A DNA stretch of 47,708 bases, the filler included, from Jimgerdemannia flammicorona (lineage: Eukaryota), in NCBI GenBank assembly GCA_003990765.1. It is 2 parts of 2 records of this genome, joined end to end, with 100 filler letters (N's around TTAATTAATTAA, not from the genome) between each part and the next. Parts side by side here need not be neighbours in the genome. Positions count along the whole stretch, not along the records: positions 1 to 23,805 come from RBNJ01001062.1; 1 more part is not named here. One strand, 5' to 3'. Position 1 is the first letter of the stretch. Every line of letters starts with the position of its first letter. This document shows, piece by piece, positions 1 to 11,981 of this stretch. Position numbers and translations under genes: made by a program. The notes beneath the pieces are model-generated. The model was not told the DNA's origin. It worked only from the letters and a program-made list of their open reading frames with translations, and did no database searches.

Positions 1-1420
1 ACATCTTCTGCCCCCCCTCTCCGCCCCACCGGGCCCCTCCTAATAAGTGGGGGGGGGGTACCATCCGACTCCTCCTCCCAGACCTCGAAAGTACCATCAG
101 CATAAGGATCCCTGCCCAGGACCTTCGCGGCCCATTCTTCCAGCACCACCTCCTCCTTTCCACCTTCGCTAGCCCATACACTAGCTTTGACGCCTCCAGA
201 CCCTTCTGCCCCATCAACCTTCCTCTTCTCCCCTCCTATCATACTTGCCAAGAGCTCCCTCTGCCTCAAGCACCCCTGAGCCCTCACCCACTGCCTCTTG
301 TCAGTATGGATACGCTTCCCCTCCACAATCTCTAAATGCATCGACTCCTCAAAGAGCTTCCAGGCCTTCGCCCGCCATTCCACCGCACCACTCATCTCCT
401 CCAATGCCTCCAACAAATCCTCCTTCTTCTCCTCACTCCCCTTCACCCTCGACACCTTACAAATAAAGGCCCCCCATATCAACACTGAGGGCCAGTCACC
501 AGTCTTCCCTGTGGCCTCCCTCCCTGCCAGCTGAATCCTGACATCCACATCACCAGTCCTGATTGTCGTCCCCTCCCACACCTGGAAGCCAATATCCACC
601 ACATCTCTATACTCTGCCATCACCTCCTCTACCCTCCTCCTTGTCTCCTCCTTCATCACTGTGGGCACCCCCTTCACCAGCAGCTGCACCACCCTGGGGT
701 CCCACCTCAAACATCATACCATGGGGACCACCACCTCGCCAACTGCCACCCCTGTCCTCAGTACCTCTTCTAGTGGGCCCACCTCCTCAAAGCCCACCTC
801 AACTCCCTCCAGACCCTTCAAGAATTTCACTGATGTTGCCCCAGCCACCTGCTTCGAGATAAGCCTCAAGACCATCCTTGCCGTCACCCCTAAGCCTTGG
901 AAGCACAGAGTCACCGCAAACTCCGAGATCGACTTCTTGAGTAATGGTGCCACCGCCAGCCCCATAACACCATCGGCCAGGTCCCCCTTCCGCATCGAGA
1001 CCCCCTGCCCCACCTGGCCATCAGCTGTCACATCTCTTTTTTTTTCCTGATCTGCCATCACACCCCATCAGCAGTCCCACCCCCAGCCACAGCTCCTCCA
1101 GACCCTACGCTCATACCTCCAACCTGAGGACCACCCCCCCTCCCAAGGCTCGCCTTGCCCTTCCCCACAGCAGCACCAGCCCTGTTGCCAGCCCTGTCTC
1201 CAACTGGCCATCCACTCCCCTTCACCTTGTCAGCAAAGCTGGGGGGACCAGCCCTTCTCCTGTTACCACCTGACACCGGTCCTCCTCCAGAGCCCTCCCC
1301 GCCTTTCGATCCTCCAAAGGCCCCCATCCCCAGGCCAAAACCCCTCCCCACCTCCTGCCAGCCGAAAGCCCCAGCTCCCCCCGACCCAGTACGCCCGTCG
1401 GAACTCTTGCTCGAAGACAT
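1..1420 (-). pseudogene. LINE ORF1 (gag-like, RRM-type) pseudogene, 3' end outside window
   Basis: Gly-rich N-terminus with SFADKVKG, a frameshift near 1060, and one CGA>TGA stop at 714-716. The frame is then open to position 1 and contains VQLLVKGVPT..EETRRRVEEVMAEYRDVVDI..GTTIRTGDVDVRIQL, which resembles the RRM of L1/Tx1-type ORF1 proteins. Confidence 0.6.
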
Positions 1421-1491
1421 GTTGATAGTACCTTTTCTCCTAGTAGTGTCGAAAACTGTTGCTTGAAGTCTTGTGTAACGTGAATTGTACT
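1..1491 (-). mobile_element. 5' part of a non-LTR retrotransposon (LINE, L1/Tx1-like) inserted into gag of Gypsy copy A; runs off the left edge
   Basis: Gypsy gag homology (..EIGDTDD) stops abruptly at 1492. It is replaced by a ~70-nt leader and a G-rich minus-strand ORF1-like frame starting at ATG 1420; base composition shifts sharply. Confidence 0.65.
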
Positions 1492-2394
1492 ATCATCAGT
1501 GTCACCGATCTCCTCGATAACTACTGCATTGGTTTGTTCTCTGGTTCTGCTAGCATTGCTTGGTTGGGCTTTGCATCTCATTTCAGTCATGCAACTCTTT
1601 GCATAGTGGCCTTCTTCTCCACATCTGAAGCATGTGATATTGCGTTCTTCTGTAGCAGCTGTAAATCTCTGCACTGGTCTCCTGTTGGCACTTCGGACTT
1701 CTCTAACAACATCACCAAGGTGTGCAGTCATCTTGGCAAACTGCTTGGCAAGTTCTTCCACTGGGTCAGCTTTGGCTGTCTTGGGGGTAGGTGGGGTTGG
1801 TTGTCTGTTTACAACTGTGGCAGGTAAGATACTAGTTGGCTTTGATGGCTCCATCTTGATGCCAGTTATTTTCTCCATTGAGTGTTCAGCAGGGTGTCTG
1901 GCAGTTTAATATCTCTGTGCAAAGACCACTTTCTGATCAAGAGTCAGTGCAGCTGGGGTAGACTGGATTGCTAGGGCAATTTCAGGGTGAACTCCTTTGA
2001 GGAAGGTTGAATCTGCTATTTGTTCCTTGAGAGTATCATCATAGCCAGCCAAGACAATCTGGTGGTAGATTCAGATATAGAATGAGTTGGAATCTTCACT
2101 AAGTCCCTAGCAGATAGTATTGAGTTGATTCTTGAGAGCTTGCTTGATCTCTTCGGTATAATATGTTGTTCTGAGGAAGGTCTTCATGTTGGTAAGTTTG
2201 ACTGCATCAGCACTAGCAATGGTGACTGTATTAAACTTATCTCTGGCAGGTCCTCTGAGGCTGACTGGTAGAAGGGCCAATTGAGCATCCACACCAAGGA
2301 CTCGTACTGCGGCGAATTGTTCAAAGTCTTCAATGAAGGTCAGGATTGACTCTTCAGTAGTATATTCATAGAATGTAGAGGGATGCATTTCCAT
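1492..2394 (-). pseudogene. gag: gag fragment with CCHC zinc knuckle (copy A)
   Basis: ORFs 2107-2394 and 1222-1878; CX2CX4HX4C motif; homologous to gag of B, C and D. Confidence 0.88.
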
Positions 2395-2859
2395 CTTATC
2401 TTGAATTCTTGCAGGGATGACTCTTGTAGTCAGGGTAGTTGTTATAGGGGTTGTTCGTTTTTCAGCTTGAAAGTGAGGGATTCATCTTAAATCACCAGCC
2501 AATGGGCACGAAGTTGTTACATAGTGGTTGCTGAGTCCTTCAAATATGCCAGATTCTCTTCAAGGTATATCTCTTAGACTAACTCAAGTTTGTTATAAGC
2601 AAGTTCTTATTAGAGTGCCTTCCCAAGGTCTTATAATCCTCAAACTTCTTATTTTTAACTATCTTGTTATCTCTTAGATTGCTTGCAAGGAAGTATGTAT
2701 ATTGTACTGAGAAGACTGAATTGACTTTATTTCAGAGGAAATAAGAGGAGTATTTATACAAAATACAATTCAATGGTTGCTAAGATATAAAGCTAAATAT
2801 AAATTCCAATAACTAAAACTACTAAGTTCCAGAGTCAGTACTGATGGTTGTACAGGTTC

Positions 2860-3060
2860 AGGATGCTGGTATTATTTAGTATCACATCAAAATGCTGGTG
2901 CTGGAACAATTTCACATCACTTCAGAATACTGGTGCTGGCATTATCCAGTATTACATGAGATTACCGGTGCTGGCATTATCTAGTATTATATGAGAATAC
3001 TGGTGCTGGCATTATCCAGTGTTATATGAGAATACCAGTACTGGCATTATCCAGTGTAAC
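2860..3060 (-). repeat. 35-bp tandem array in family 1 LTR (about 4 full and 2 degenerate units)
   Basis: Plus-strand unit GAGAATACTGGTGCTGGCATTATCCAGTGTTATAT, containing a CTGG...CCAG dyad. Confidence 0.85.
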
Positions 3061-3067
3061 ACAGAAC

Positions 3068-3901
3068 TTAGAGCAGAAAGTTCAGGACCATAGGAGCTTC
3101 ATCCTTGTCATCATCATTACTGAAGGAGATGAGATCTACGAATTTGTCATTTTCATGTGCTTTGTTATGTATCTCACATATGTCCATGTCATGCAGGATG
3201 ATATCATCACTAATGATGTCATCATGTTCAGCTGTGGCAGGAAAATCGGGAATAAGATCTGGAGCTCTCTAGTCTATGAGGTTCTCTTCCACAAAATAGG
3301 GAACAAATGTGGGGTCTTGGGGAGGTCTAACCTGGATGCTTGGGCCTTGGAATACTGAGATCAATCCTTGTAGGAATTGGTCTGGATTGTCCTGAAGGAT
3401 AGGGTACCAGAAGTTTTCTACTTCTTCACTATTGAGAGTAATAGTGGACTGGGCTTCTGTAGCCACCCTGGCTTCTAGTGCATTGATATGGCAGGATGAT
3501 AGGTCTCTGAAGTCTGAGACTCTAACATACTCCAAGTTGGGGATTGACCATGGTGCATGCCTGAAGATCTGATGGATCTTCTTAGCTGTCCTTGTTTCAC
3601 ATATATCCATAGGAGTGGCATCTTATAGCTCTTGAGTACTGGCTTGTGGGAACTTCCGGCAGAGGAGGTTTCCTATTTCATACTCCTACCACATTTAGAG
3701 GTATTCAGTAGCAATAGTGATCCTTGTTTCCATTTCACGGTGATAGAGAAGGAAGTGATAAGGGTCTGCAGTACCCAGGTTGACACTAGGAGTCCTTCTT
3801 GAGCAGGTCCTCATGGCTCTTCTGATGTCTTGGAACATCCTTTCCTCAACCAAGATACCTTGGTGATTCCTTGACCTTGAGGTTTGGAGGGCAGCAGACA
3901 T
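3068..3901 (-). pseudogene. LTR-encoded accessory ORF-X (277 codons, in-frame stops only)
   Basis: ORFs 3695-3901 and 3269-3610 share one frame through to TAA at 3068-3070. The stops are CAA/CAG/TGG transitions and differ between copies. Confidence 0.8.
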
Positions 3902-4333
3902 TTCATTTGTGATAAGTCTTTGAGCTATTTTGGGATTGGTGGTTCTTATTGGTTGCTGCTACTGCAGTTCCTTAATCCTTCTTTTATATTCTTTAGAATG
4001 CTTGTGCTATAGTCACAATGACTCACAGTTGGTCACCATTGCTCATCTTGTATGCTGTATAATCTTCTTGTGCTCCAATCTGGTGGCTTGCAAGGAAAGG
4101 CTGTCTCCAGTGCTGTTGTCATCATTCTGGGGTCACTGTTACATTATATATTTCTATTTGGATATTTGCTAATATATAGTCTATAGTCTTAGATTTCATC
4201 TGACTTAACTATATTGAAGCACTCTTATACTTCAATAAGTATAATTGTTCTCTATAATATATATTTATTATAATTAATAGTAGTAGAAAAGTTAAATCTC
4301 ACTTCCTTACTAGTATAAACTCTTTTCAACATT

Positions 4334-7300
4334 ATGGTCTCTGCAGAAGATATATAATAGCTTCAAGAACAAATAGTACAGTTGATATAGACCTATCAAG
4401 AGGTATAAGCAAAGATATAAATAATAGAGACAGCATTAGATTCTAAAGGTAAAAAACTAATAGTAGACCCCTCTATTAAAAATAAGAAGAACAATAGAAT
4501 AAGTGGTAATATTGAAACTTGGCTCTTTAATCTGAATTAGTACCTAGCAATAATAAAAGTATCAAATAAGGAGTTAGTTGCTTATAAAGGAGTACTACTG
4601 TAAGAAGATATAGCTATTTGATAGAAAACAAAAGTCTAAATAGCCAGATATAAAGAGAAAGACCTCCCAGACTGAGATAAGTTTCAAGATTAACTTATAT
4701 GGCAGATTAAGCCCATTAACTCAAAAAAGATAGCCAGAGACAAGTTGATATCTCTGTAATAAATAAGATCAGTCAAGATTTATACTACTATCTTCATGAG
4801 TATAGCCTTAGAGATTGATAATAATAGTAAAGCTGAAAAACTTAATAGATATATAAGAACTCAAGGATCATACTAGATAAGAAGTAGAACTATAAGATCT
4901 AAACACTATTGAAAAAGTAATATTAATTACTGACTATTTTTATATAATCTCTTTTGGAAGAAATTATTTCTCTAAATAACCTAAAAAGCCCTAACAAGGA
5001 TATATATATCTCAAAAATATTGTAGGTTCCACCCTAATAGATCTGAATACTATAACTAAATTAAGACTTATACTAGAGAAAAGGGAAAAATTATATAAAA
5101 GTAAAATCTACTTCTACTACTAAGAAGAAGGACATATTACTACAAAATGTCTAAAGAAGATCAAGAACAAAATAGAAAAAAGAAGGCCCTGATAATTACT
5201 AAGAAGAAAATAGTAATACCTATTACACAAATTGAAGAAATATATCTAATAGTTCAAAAACTACATCCTGATGCTATTTTACTAGAAGCAAAAACCTCAG
5301 AAGTAATTAAGTTAGATCTAGTGGTTATTCAAGATACAACAATCTCTGCAGAATAGTGACAACTCATAGTCACCAGGCTAGCAATATAGATACTTAAAGG
5401 ATATTATAGAAAAATTATATCATAATCAGATCCTAGTACTAAACATTACATTGACCTAGATATAGGGGTAATAGATCCAGACTATTGTGGAGAAATTAAA
5501 GCACTTCTGATCAATAATAGTATACAATTCTTCAAAATCAAGAAGTAAGATCAGGTTGTACAACTAATCCTAGAATAAGCCAAAGTATTAACAATTAAGG
5601 AAGTTATAACTCTAAAAGAAACTGCTTAGACTACTAAAGGATTTAGAAATACTGGAAGTAAATTGCTATAAAGGAAGAAAATATCTACAAAACTGCCTTC
5701 TAAATTTGCTATGGATATTTTGAGTTTCTGGTTATATCTTTTGGCTTAACTAATACTCCTGCAACCTTCTAGATACTGATGAATACTATCTTATACCTAT
5801 ATCTAGACAAATTTATTATTGTCTACATTGATGACATTCTAGTCTTCAGCAAAACCCTAGAAGAATATCTCAAATATCTTAAACTAGTACTACTGAAACT
5901 CTGAGAAAACTGACTCTTTATGAAACTCAGCAAATGTGAATTTCTCCTAAAGGAAATTTAATTCTTTAGATATATTATCACTCTCAATAGAATCAAAGTA
6001 GACCCCAGCAAAATCTCTGCAATCAAGGAATAACTCAGACTCAAGAAGTTGAAGGATCTCCAGTTATTCCTAAGACTAGCAAACTATTACTAGTGATTTT
6101 TTACCAACTTCACTAAGATTACTACTGCCCTTATCTATATAACTAAGTACAGTAAGAGAGAAGAATAGTCCTGGATCACAAAACAAGAAAAAGACTTCAA
6201 CAATCTTATAAATTGAGAACCTAAATAAGATATAACCTTTCAAGTACTGAAAGATATCTTGATAACCACTCTAGTACTTCAAGTGATAAATTCTGTCCTC
6301 TTATATAAAGTTACTACTGATGCCTCTGATCTAGCTCTTGGAGCAGTGCTCATATAAGAAGAATACTCTGTGCCCTATTATTCTTGTAAGTTCAATGATG
6401 CCAAAATTAATTATATAACCCATAAAAAGAAAATATTAGCCATTATAGACACTCTGATTAAATAGCAACCATACCTCAAAGAAGTATATTTCACTATTTT
6501 AACAGATCATAAATTATTAGTCAACATCAAGACCCAGACCACTTTTTCCTAAAAGTAAGCCAGATAGATGAAAGTTTTCACTAATTTTGACTATGAAATC
6601 TAGTATCACTCTGGTAAGGAGAATATTATTACTAATATAATTTCTAGACCACTAATTGAAGAGGTTATCCAAACTCTCACCTTGGTTACCAACTCTATTA
6701 TAGAACAGATTATTACAGTATATACTGATGATAAAAAAGCCCAAGTACTCTGAAAAATTCTGAATAGTAATTATATTGACAAGTCTCCTGGTATTATCAA
6801 TACCAACTAAAGGACAATACTATCTACTACAAGAACAGATTGTATATTTCTAACAATTGAGATCTCCAAAGAACTATCCTATTCAAATATCATGATGCTC
6901 CTATAGCCAGATATTTAGGATTTGACAAATGCTATAAAGTTATTTCCCAAAACTTTTATTGGCCTCATATAGTAGATCAGCTAAAGATCTATATCACTTT
7001 CTGTAATATCTGCCAATATAATAAGTCTTCAATAATAGCAAAACCTAGTCTACTCCACTCTATCCCAGTACCATCTACTAATTGAGAATAAATCTTTATA
7101 GACTATCTCAGCAAACAGACTCATTTTGTACTAACTACTATCACTGCTATAGTACTAGACATAGCTATATAATATCTTCTACTATTATGGTCTTCCTAAG
7201 ATCATTATTAGTGACTGAGATCCAAAGTTCATCAACCACTTTTAGAAAGCTCTATATGTATACTTTGGAACAAAACTTATACTATCTATAGCTATTTACT

Positions 7301-8060
7301 CTAAAACTGATAGTCAAATTAAAAGAATAAACTAAACTCTAGAATAAATATTAAAGAACTATGTTTCCTATAGATAAGATGATTGATATAGACATCTTAC
7401 TGCAGTCAAGTTTATCTATAATAATAGTAAACAAGTCTCTCTGAGAATGACTCCATTCTTTATTAATATAGGACAAAATTCAAACACCCCTCTAATACTT
7501 ATTGGAATCACTAATGAATCCTCTACTACCAAAGTTATTGAAGAATTCCTGCTCTGAATACATAACTTAAGTCAGATTGCAATTAAGAATTTATCTTGAG
7601 CTCAAGAACAATAGTTATAGTATATCAATCAGCATTACTAAGGAGAAACTTTTGATATTAGAGAAAAAGTCCAAGAATATTAAGTTAACAACCTCAAGTA
7701 CAGACTATCTATAAAACTAAACAGTAATTTTATTGGACTATTTGAAGTCATTGCACAAGTCTCTCTAACTTTCTACAAATTGATACTATCAGATACTATT
7801 AATATTCACCCAGTCTTCAATGTCTAATATCTTAAGTAATAAAATGAAAATAATGATAAGTTATTTCTAAACCAAATCATAAAACCACCTGTACCTATCA
7901 TTATTAATAATCAAGAAGAATATGAAGTTGAACAAATCCTCAACAAATATAGCTATAAGAACTATCCAAAATATCTTATTGAATAGAAAGGTTATCTGAT
8001 CTATAATATAATATAAAAATCCAAAACTAACCTCTAGAATGTCATTGATCTAGTTTAAGA
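4334..8060 (+). pseudogene. pol: Decayed gag-pol of element E
   Basis: Knuckle remnant EEGHITTKC (~5125); dUTPase KLHPDAIL, DPDYCGEI and KGFRNTG (5250-5657); RT KTAF, FGLTN and VYIDDILVFS (5821); RH VTTDASD (6310); IN HDAPIA (6891); chromodomain EEYEVEQILN..YLIE*KGY (7915-7995). Confidence 0.85.
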
Positions 8061-8524
8061 ATATAATTTTTTAAATAACTAAAACCTGAATACTCCAGCA
8101 CCTATCAGTCTATACTATATATTATCTCTTTTAAACATTAAGTACTCTTATAATTATCATAAATAAAATCAGGAACTCAGTAAGTTAAGATAAAAGAATA
8201 CCAATATCCTAGAAAAATAGCAAAACTAAAAGCCAGCCTATTCTCTCCATATTATTGATAGGAAATGAGGTATAGATATTTAAGAAGATTCCTTAGAGAA
8301 AATTCTCCAGTAGTGAATGATATCAGAATCACTTCCAGTATATAGTATTGAACATATAATCCTTTAATATATGAATTTAATATATTAGGCAACTATACTA
8401 TATGCATGTCACTTTCTAAGAAAAATAGATATTACTGGACTTTTGATCATCCAAATAATATAACAATACTAGATCAAAATTAGAAGATCTCAATGAGGAT
8501 GTTGAAAGTTAAGAAGGAGAGAGT

Positions 8525-10204
8525 TGTAAGTGCACAACCTCCAAGTTATCAAAATTACATATCACTCTTAGAATAAATCTAGAAATCAAATGCAAGATCA
8601 TGAAGCTGAGTCAAACTGAAGTCACAGAGTATAAAGCTGAGTCAACTTGAAGTTATGGAATATGAGATTTATATTAATGAAATCTTACTAATCAGGACTA
8701 AATACATATATACTAAGTACTCAGATATATTAAAATAGAGAACTATAACAAATTAAACAAATAATCATAACTCTTAAATATATATATAAACATGACTACT
8801 AAGATCTATAACTACATCTATGCTGACATTTGAAATACTATTGTCAACTGAGTCACACCTCTCCTACTCCTCATAAATATATATAGTCTGGCACCTCTTT
8901 ACTTCATAGAAGTCTAATGAAATACCCTGAACATACTTAGTGAAGGTTATCAAATTGGACAAATCTCAAGCTACTATCAGATCAGATATCTCCTAGAAGA
9001 TATGGTTGAACACTATTATGATACAGACATTATCCAGATGTCTCAACACTAGAAGCTCATTGCTTACAAATACTGAGAACTCTTTTATAAATATAGCACC
9101 TTTATTTACTACCTCTGAATTACTATCACTGAAATGTTTACCACTCTGTCCTATGACCAAATTGACAATATGATATAAGAACTCAATTACAAATATATTG
9201 AGTATACTCAAACTATAGACAGAACCTTCCTATATCCTAATGACTACATTCTGCAAATACTTCAAGTTGGATATACTATAAAGGATATCTATGATATAAT
9301 CCAGTTCAATAATAATAAAGCAGAAGATAACAATTCCTCTAACACTAATATGACCTTCAGCTAAGAATCTCTATCAGTCCTGATTACTCTACCAATCTTG
9401 CTGATGAACTTATAATAGTTTATAACTACCTATAAGACCTATTGAGATAATGACTACTAGTATGAGTATTAATCTACATTTATACCTGACTACTTCAACT
9501 ATAATAAAGAGACCAGAGAATACAATCTATATCTCTAGACCATCCTTGAGATTGAACTAACAACTCCATCACCCAAGTATAAGTGATACATATAAAGAAT
9601 AGCTGCCAGCTTACTACAACTCAGCAATACATAGTGCTATAACCTATAGAAGATATATAGATAGTGAATCTGATGAAAGCAAAGATGATGCACCTTTTCT
9701 TTGCCCATCAACTCCATACCTTACATATGAGATAGATGATGCTATCCTGTGAGATGATAATATAGTCTTAATGTATTATTGCCTGAGTAAATAGAGAGAA
9801 GTAATCCAAGAACTACTCTTTCTAGATAACTACTTTATTAGAGATAATATTATTAATGATGATGTCATCAAAGACTATTCAGATAGTATCTAAATTTATA
9901 AATAGCTTAGCAGTCATTAGTATAGTTAGATTAGCCTTATACAATATAACTATATACTGACTCAGCAGTCAGACAATCTCTTGATATATTAGTTCACACT
10001 TATACTATATAATTGTATTCTGACTCAGTAAAATACTAAGTATTATATCTATATTTAGTATAATATAGATAGTCTTCCATTAGTATAAATATCCTCTTCT
10101 CCAGATCTCAGAAACTTAGACTTGAACAGATCTATATATAAGAACTCTTGAATACTTCCCCACAATATCTCTTCACATACTACTCCTAGTATAGCAATAT
10201 TATA
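8525..10204 (+). repeat. Probable long 3' LTR of element E
   Basis: Begins TGT after the PPT and ends at a decayed TATTATA like the 5' remnant end at 4272. Similarity to the 4144-4272 remnant is weak. Confidence 0.4.
8792..9893 (+). pseudogene. Decayed ORF-X homologue downstream of the element E PPT
   Basis: Translation through transition stops: MTTKIYNYIYADI(R)NTI...SYYQIRYLLE...QMSQH(Q)KLIAYKY(R)ELFYKYSTFIYYL(R)ITITEMFTTLSYDQIDNM. After an indel it has an acidic tail ending DNIINDDVIKDYSDSI*. Confidence 0.6.
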
Positions 10205-10816
10205 AATAGTAAATAAATCTATTTAATAACCTACAAACTACTCTTAAGTAAATCTGTATATTAGATCCTACTCTTAATCATATTATAAAATTTTCTAATT
10301 GGGTATTATCTGTAGTAATATATCAATTCAACTAAGCTAGTCTTAGTTTTTTAAACTTCCTGAAATACAGAAAATTCTGAATATCCAGAATAAGTCTAAA
10401 AAAGGACTTTGTTGAAATATCAATCTGATTTTGAAATCAATAAGTATAGAGGACATACTCTATATGAAATTGATCTTGACCTTAAGAAAATAGTCTTCTA
10501 GAATATCCAGAACTATCAGAAAACTCTTTCAGAACTACATAATAGTACTTTTATAAGTAACCCTCTTATAAATGGGAAGAAGTTCTTCAGAGTTGAGAAA
10601 GATACTATATTTCTCTTACTAGATAGATATTAATTCTTAATATTTACTAATTGCTAAAGTTATAGTATCTGATATATTACTTAGACCTTTTAGTATAGGT
10701 AGTGAAGAGGCTATTGAAGATGGCTAGAGACTAGATTTGAGCTAGGAGATAGAGTCAGATTAGTTGAGAGATATTAGTAACTTCAGTAAATAAGAGAGAT
10801 TTAGATCTAGTAGACT

Positions 10817-10995
10817 TAGTGCTCTGAATGGATGAAATTGATCCAGATGAGATTTGATTCAGATTCATTATATAATAGATTTGAATTAACTCAGATTGGT
10901 CTTGTGATCTGATCCAGATTAATCCAGATTGATCTGGATTGATTCAGATTAATCCATCTGAATTGATCCATCTGAATTAATCTATTTAGATTGAA
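10817..10995 (+). repeat. hAT-like terminus with subterminal ATCCAGATT/ATCTGAATT repeats, related to the MITE at 26584
   Basis: Starts TAGTGCTCTGAATG versus MITE TIR TAGTGCTCCTAATG, followed by similar short repeats. Confidence 0.5.
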
Positions 10996-11889
10996 ATCTT
11001 TGGTGATATCACTCTTTCTTTTTATTCATTTTTGTTCTGTTTTTTTTTCCTACCACACTTTGGTGATATCACTCTTTCTTTTATTCCCTCTTCTTCTTTT
11101 GTTCTTTCTTTGTTCTTTTTTTTTTGTTCTTTTTCTTTCCTACCACATCATAAGCAAACAAAACAGCAGTTCTTAATTGTATATTGGTCTAGTCTATTCA
11201 TTTTTTTACTCTGTAATAATCATCAAAAGAGGGAGTATTCAAGGTGAAAATGTACTCTCTGCTGACAATGTTAGATTCTTTCTTATATGGGCAGTATATA
11301 AGCTGCTCATCAAGAGCTAAAGGGATGATAGCAGTAGTAAAAGCAGTAGTAATGACAATGGTGGTGGCAATAGCAATAGCAGTGGCAATAGCAGAGATGA
11401 GAGAGAATTCTAGCAATAACTTATAGTGGCCCTTTAGATCTCAGAATTCACAGACCTCACAGCTATATACCCAGCAGTCTTTTTGAAGTAGCTAATAGTA
11501 GATGTAGGTTGCTCATTCTGCTGCTATTTGTTTACTTGTGTTTACTTTTTTAATTTCCCCCAGTATGACCCAATTTATCTTATACTTTTCTTAAGGTCTA
11601 TAGCTCTATGGTAAGATCTACTGACTTTATTCACAATATCTGGTTAAGATGAAGAAAGGCTGGTAGATATTGCAGGACATATCTTTGGTGGCTAAGCTAT
11701 TGAGTCAATGTAATACATAGTAGAGGTCTCAAAAGAAATAGAAGCAAGTCTTGAGTAATCTTATATAACTTATATAACTCATTGACATACAACTCACTCA
11801 CTTATACTCTTTTTCTGAAATACCTATCTTCATGTTTTATTTAACTTCATTTTTATACAGTCTCTCCTAAAAACACCTACATGATACTC

Positions 11890-11981
11890 ATATGCAATTC
11901 ATCCACATGCAATCTATCCACATACAACTCATCTACATACAACTTATCTGTACACAACCTATCTACATGCAATCTATCTAT
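11890..11981 (+). repeat. ~15-bp tandem array (CAACCTATCTACATA-like) split by copy B; continues at 20447-20512
   Basis: The same unit flanks both ends of copy B. Confidence 0.75.

Larger units (their letters stand above)
1492..4143 (-). mobile_element. Ty3/Gypsy family 1 copy A: 5' LTR, PBS and truncated gag
   Basis: Reverse complement matches copies B and C: LTR TGTAACAGTGACCCC...ACTATGTAACA, PBS ACTTCGTGCCCATTGGCTGG, and gag with CFRCGEEGHYAKSC knuckle. Confidence 0.93.
2515..4143 (-). repeat. Family 1 LTR (5' LTR of copy A, 1629 bp)
   Basis: TG...CA termini on minus strand; aligns with LTRs at 11982, 18925, 25469 and 31461. Confidence 0.93.
4144..10204 (+). mobile_element. Element E: heavily decayed chromodomain-bearing Ty3/Gypsy (chromovirus-like) with dUTPase; 5' LTR cut by copy A; ends approximate
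   Basis: Domain order gag, CCHC, dUTPase, RT, RH, IN, chromodomain; purine tract AAGAAGGAGAGAG at 8511-8523 followed by TGTAAG at 8525. Confidence 0.75.

Noticed and set aside
245..1466. Pro/Ser-rich plus-strand ORFs
   Set aside because: Antisense shadows of the G-rich LINE ORF1.
2860..3060. 35-bp dyad-containing repeats resembling a CRISPR array
   Set aside because: Units are contiguous with no unique spacers, there are no cas genes, and they lie inside eukaryotic LTRs.
3930..4172. Cys/hydrophobic antisense ORF repeated in LTRs (also 11974-12195, 18869-19138, 25437-25688)
   Set aside because: Non-ATG or variable start, and it runs out of the LTR into unrelated flanks; shadow of the purine-rich sense frame.
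10991..11426. Short hydrophobic ORFs
   Set aside because: T-rich low complexity, a 60-bp duplication and GCA/GTA-type triplet repeats; no recognisable domain.
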